DNA from: Macrostomum lignano
Taxonomy: Eukaryota
Direction: 5' to 3'
DNA length: 64,000 bases
Assembly (NCBI GenBank): GCA_002269645.1
Contig: NIVC01000332.1
Coordinates: forward strand, 1 to 64,000
In this document: positions 1 through 64,000 of the stretch, piece after piece
Numbering within the stretch: the stretch's first letter is position 1
Layout: each line of letters opens with the position of its first letter
Notes under the pieces: generated by a model
The model's database searches: none
What the model was told of the DNA's origin: nothing
Seen by the model: only the letters and a program-made list of their open reading frames with translations
Translations under genes and position numbers: made by a program

Positions 1-752
1 TGGGGAATCCAAGCTGGGGGAATCCAAGTATCGCAGACGAGAAACGATGCGGCTGTGTAAAATGAAATTACAAAGCAGCATCTGACTAAAGAGTTAAACG
101 CTGAAAATGCAACTACTAATAAGTAGTATAACGAGTACTGAATATGAGCTAGCAAAAAAGCTATTGTCTTTTTCTTCCGAAACTAAAGTAGGAGGAAAAG
201 CCGACAAAACAGAAACAAAGCAACAGAAACTTATATAAGCATACACAGAACTGCGAATATATGAATTATAATGCTTGTTTACTAAGTACCATATAATATA
301 AAGCTATATACAAAAATCCAGACCCGAAACCGCCACAACGTTGCAAGCGCGAACTATATAGAGCAAAGCCAACACACCAATAGGGGACAAGAGACTGCCT
401 AGGACTACTCCTATATTACTGGATGCTACTCATAGTAGTAACAGTAGTTAGTGAGTTAGCGGCAACGCTTGTTAATACAAATTAATGATTAAGTAGTACA
501 TATTGTTATACCGCATTACATTGCAATCGCAAATTATGCAAACGCTGTGTGTGGATGCAAAATGAAGCTGAACAAATGAATGGCGTTATGGCTTTTTAGT
601 GTTTGTTGTGCGCGCATGCGACTTTCCCGATGAAAGCGATTCTGGTTACACAGCAACGTTTTCAACGGGAAAGTTCGCCGGCACAAATGAAATTTTAAAG
701 ACGCCAAATGAATGGGAAATTATTATAGGGTTGCAGGACTGGCTTAGGAGGG

Positions 753-64000
<63,248 letters not shown>

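Overview
Eukaryotic (animal) genomic DNA. The whole window is the 3' two-thirds of one minus-strand giant atypical cadherin gene of the Fat-like class (vertebrate FAT1-3 / Drosophila Fat2-kugelei). By hand I could place 21 coding exons and 20 GT-AG introns. They encode about 23-24 cadherin repeats, an EGF-like region, one laminin-G domain, about 5 further EGF repeats, a transmembrane helix and a short Q/H-rich cytoplasmic tail. The 5' part of the gene lies beyond position 64000. The 16 upstream exons (6217-64000, about 7.2 kb of CDS) are intact and phase-consistent. The exons between 1424 and 5590 contain about 8 apparent frameshifts, most likely sequencing indels. The most striking non-coding feature is that 17 of 20 introns carry their own minisatellite array (units 20-48 bp), mostly close to a splice site. 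The long introns also hold GATA/GACA/GA microsatellites, a hAT-like MITE family and tRNA-derived fragments. GC-rich exons with repeat-filled introns suggest a Macrostomum-like flatworm, but that is only an inference. No intact transposase, CRISPR array, rRNA or nested gene was recognised. Repeat boundaries are approximate (about +/-20 nt).
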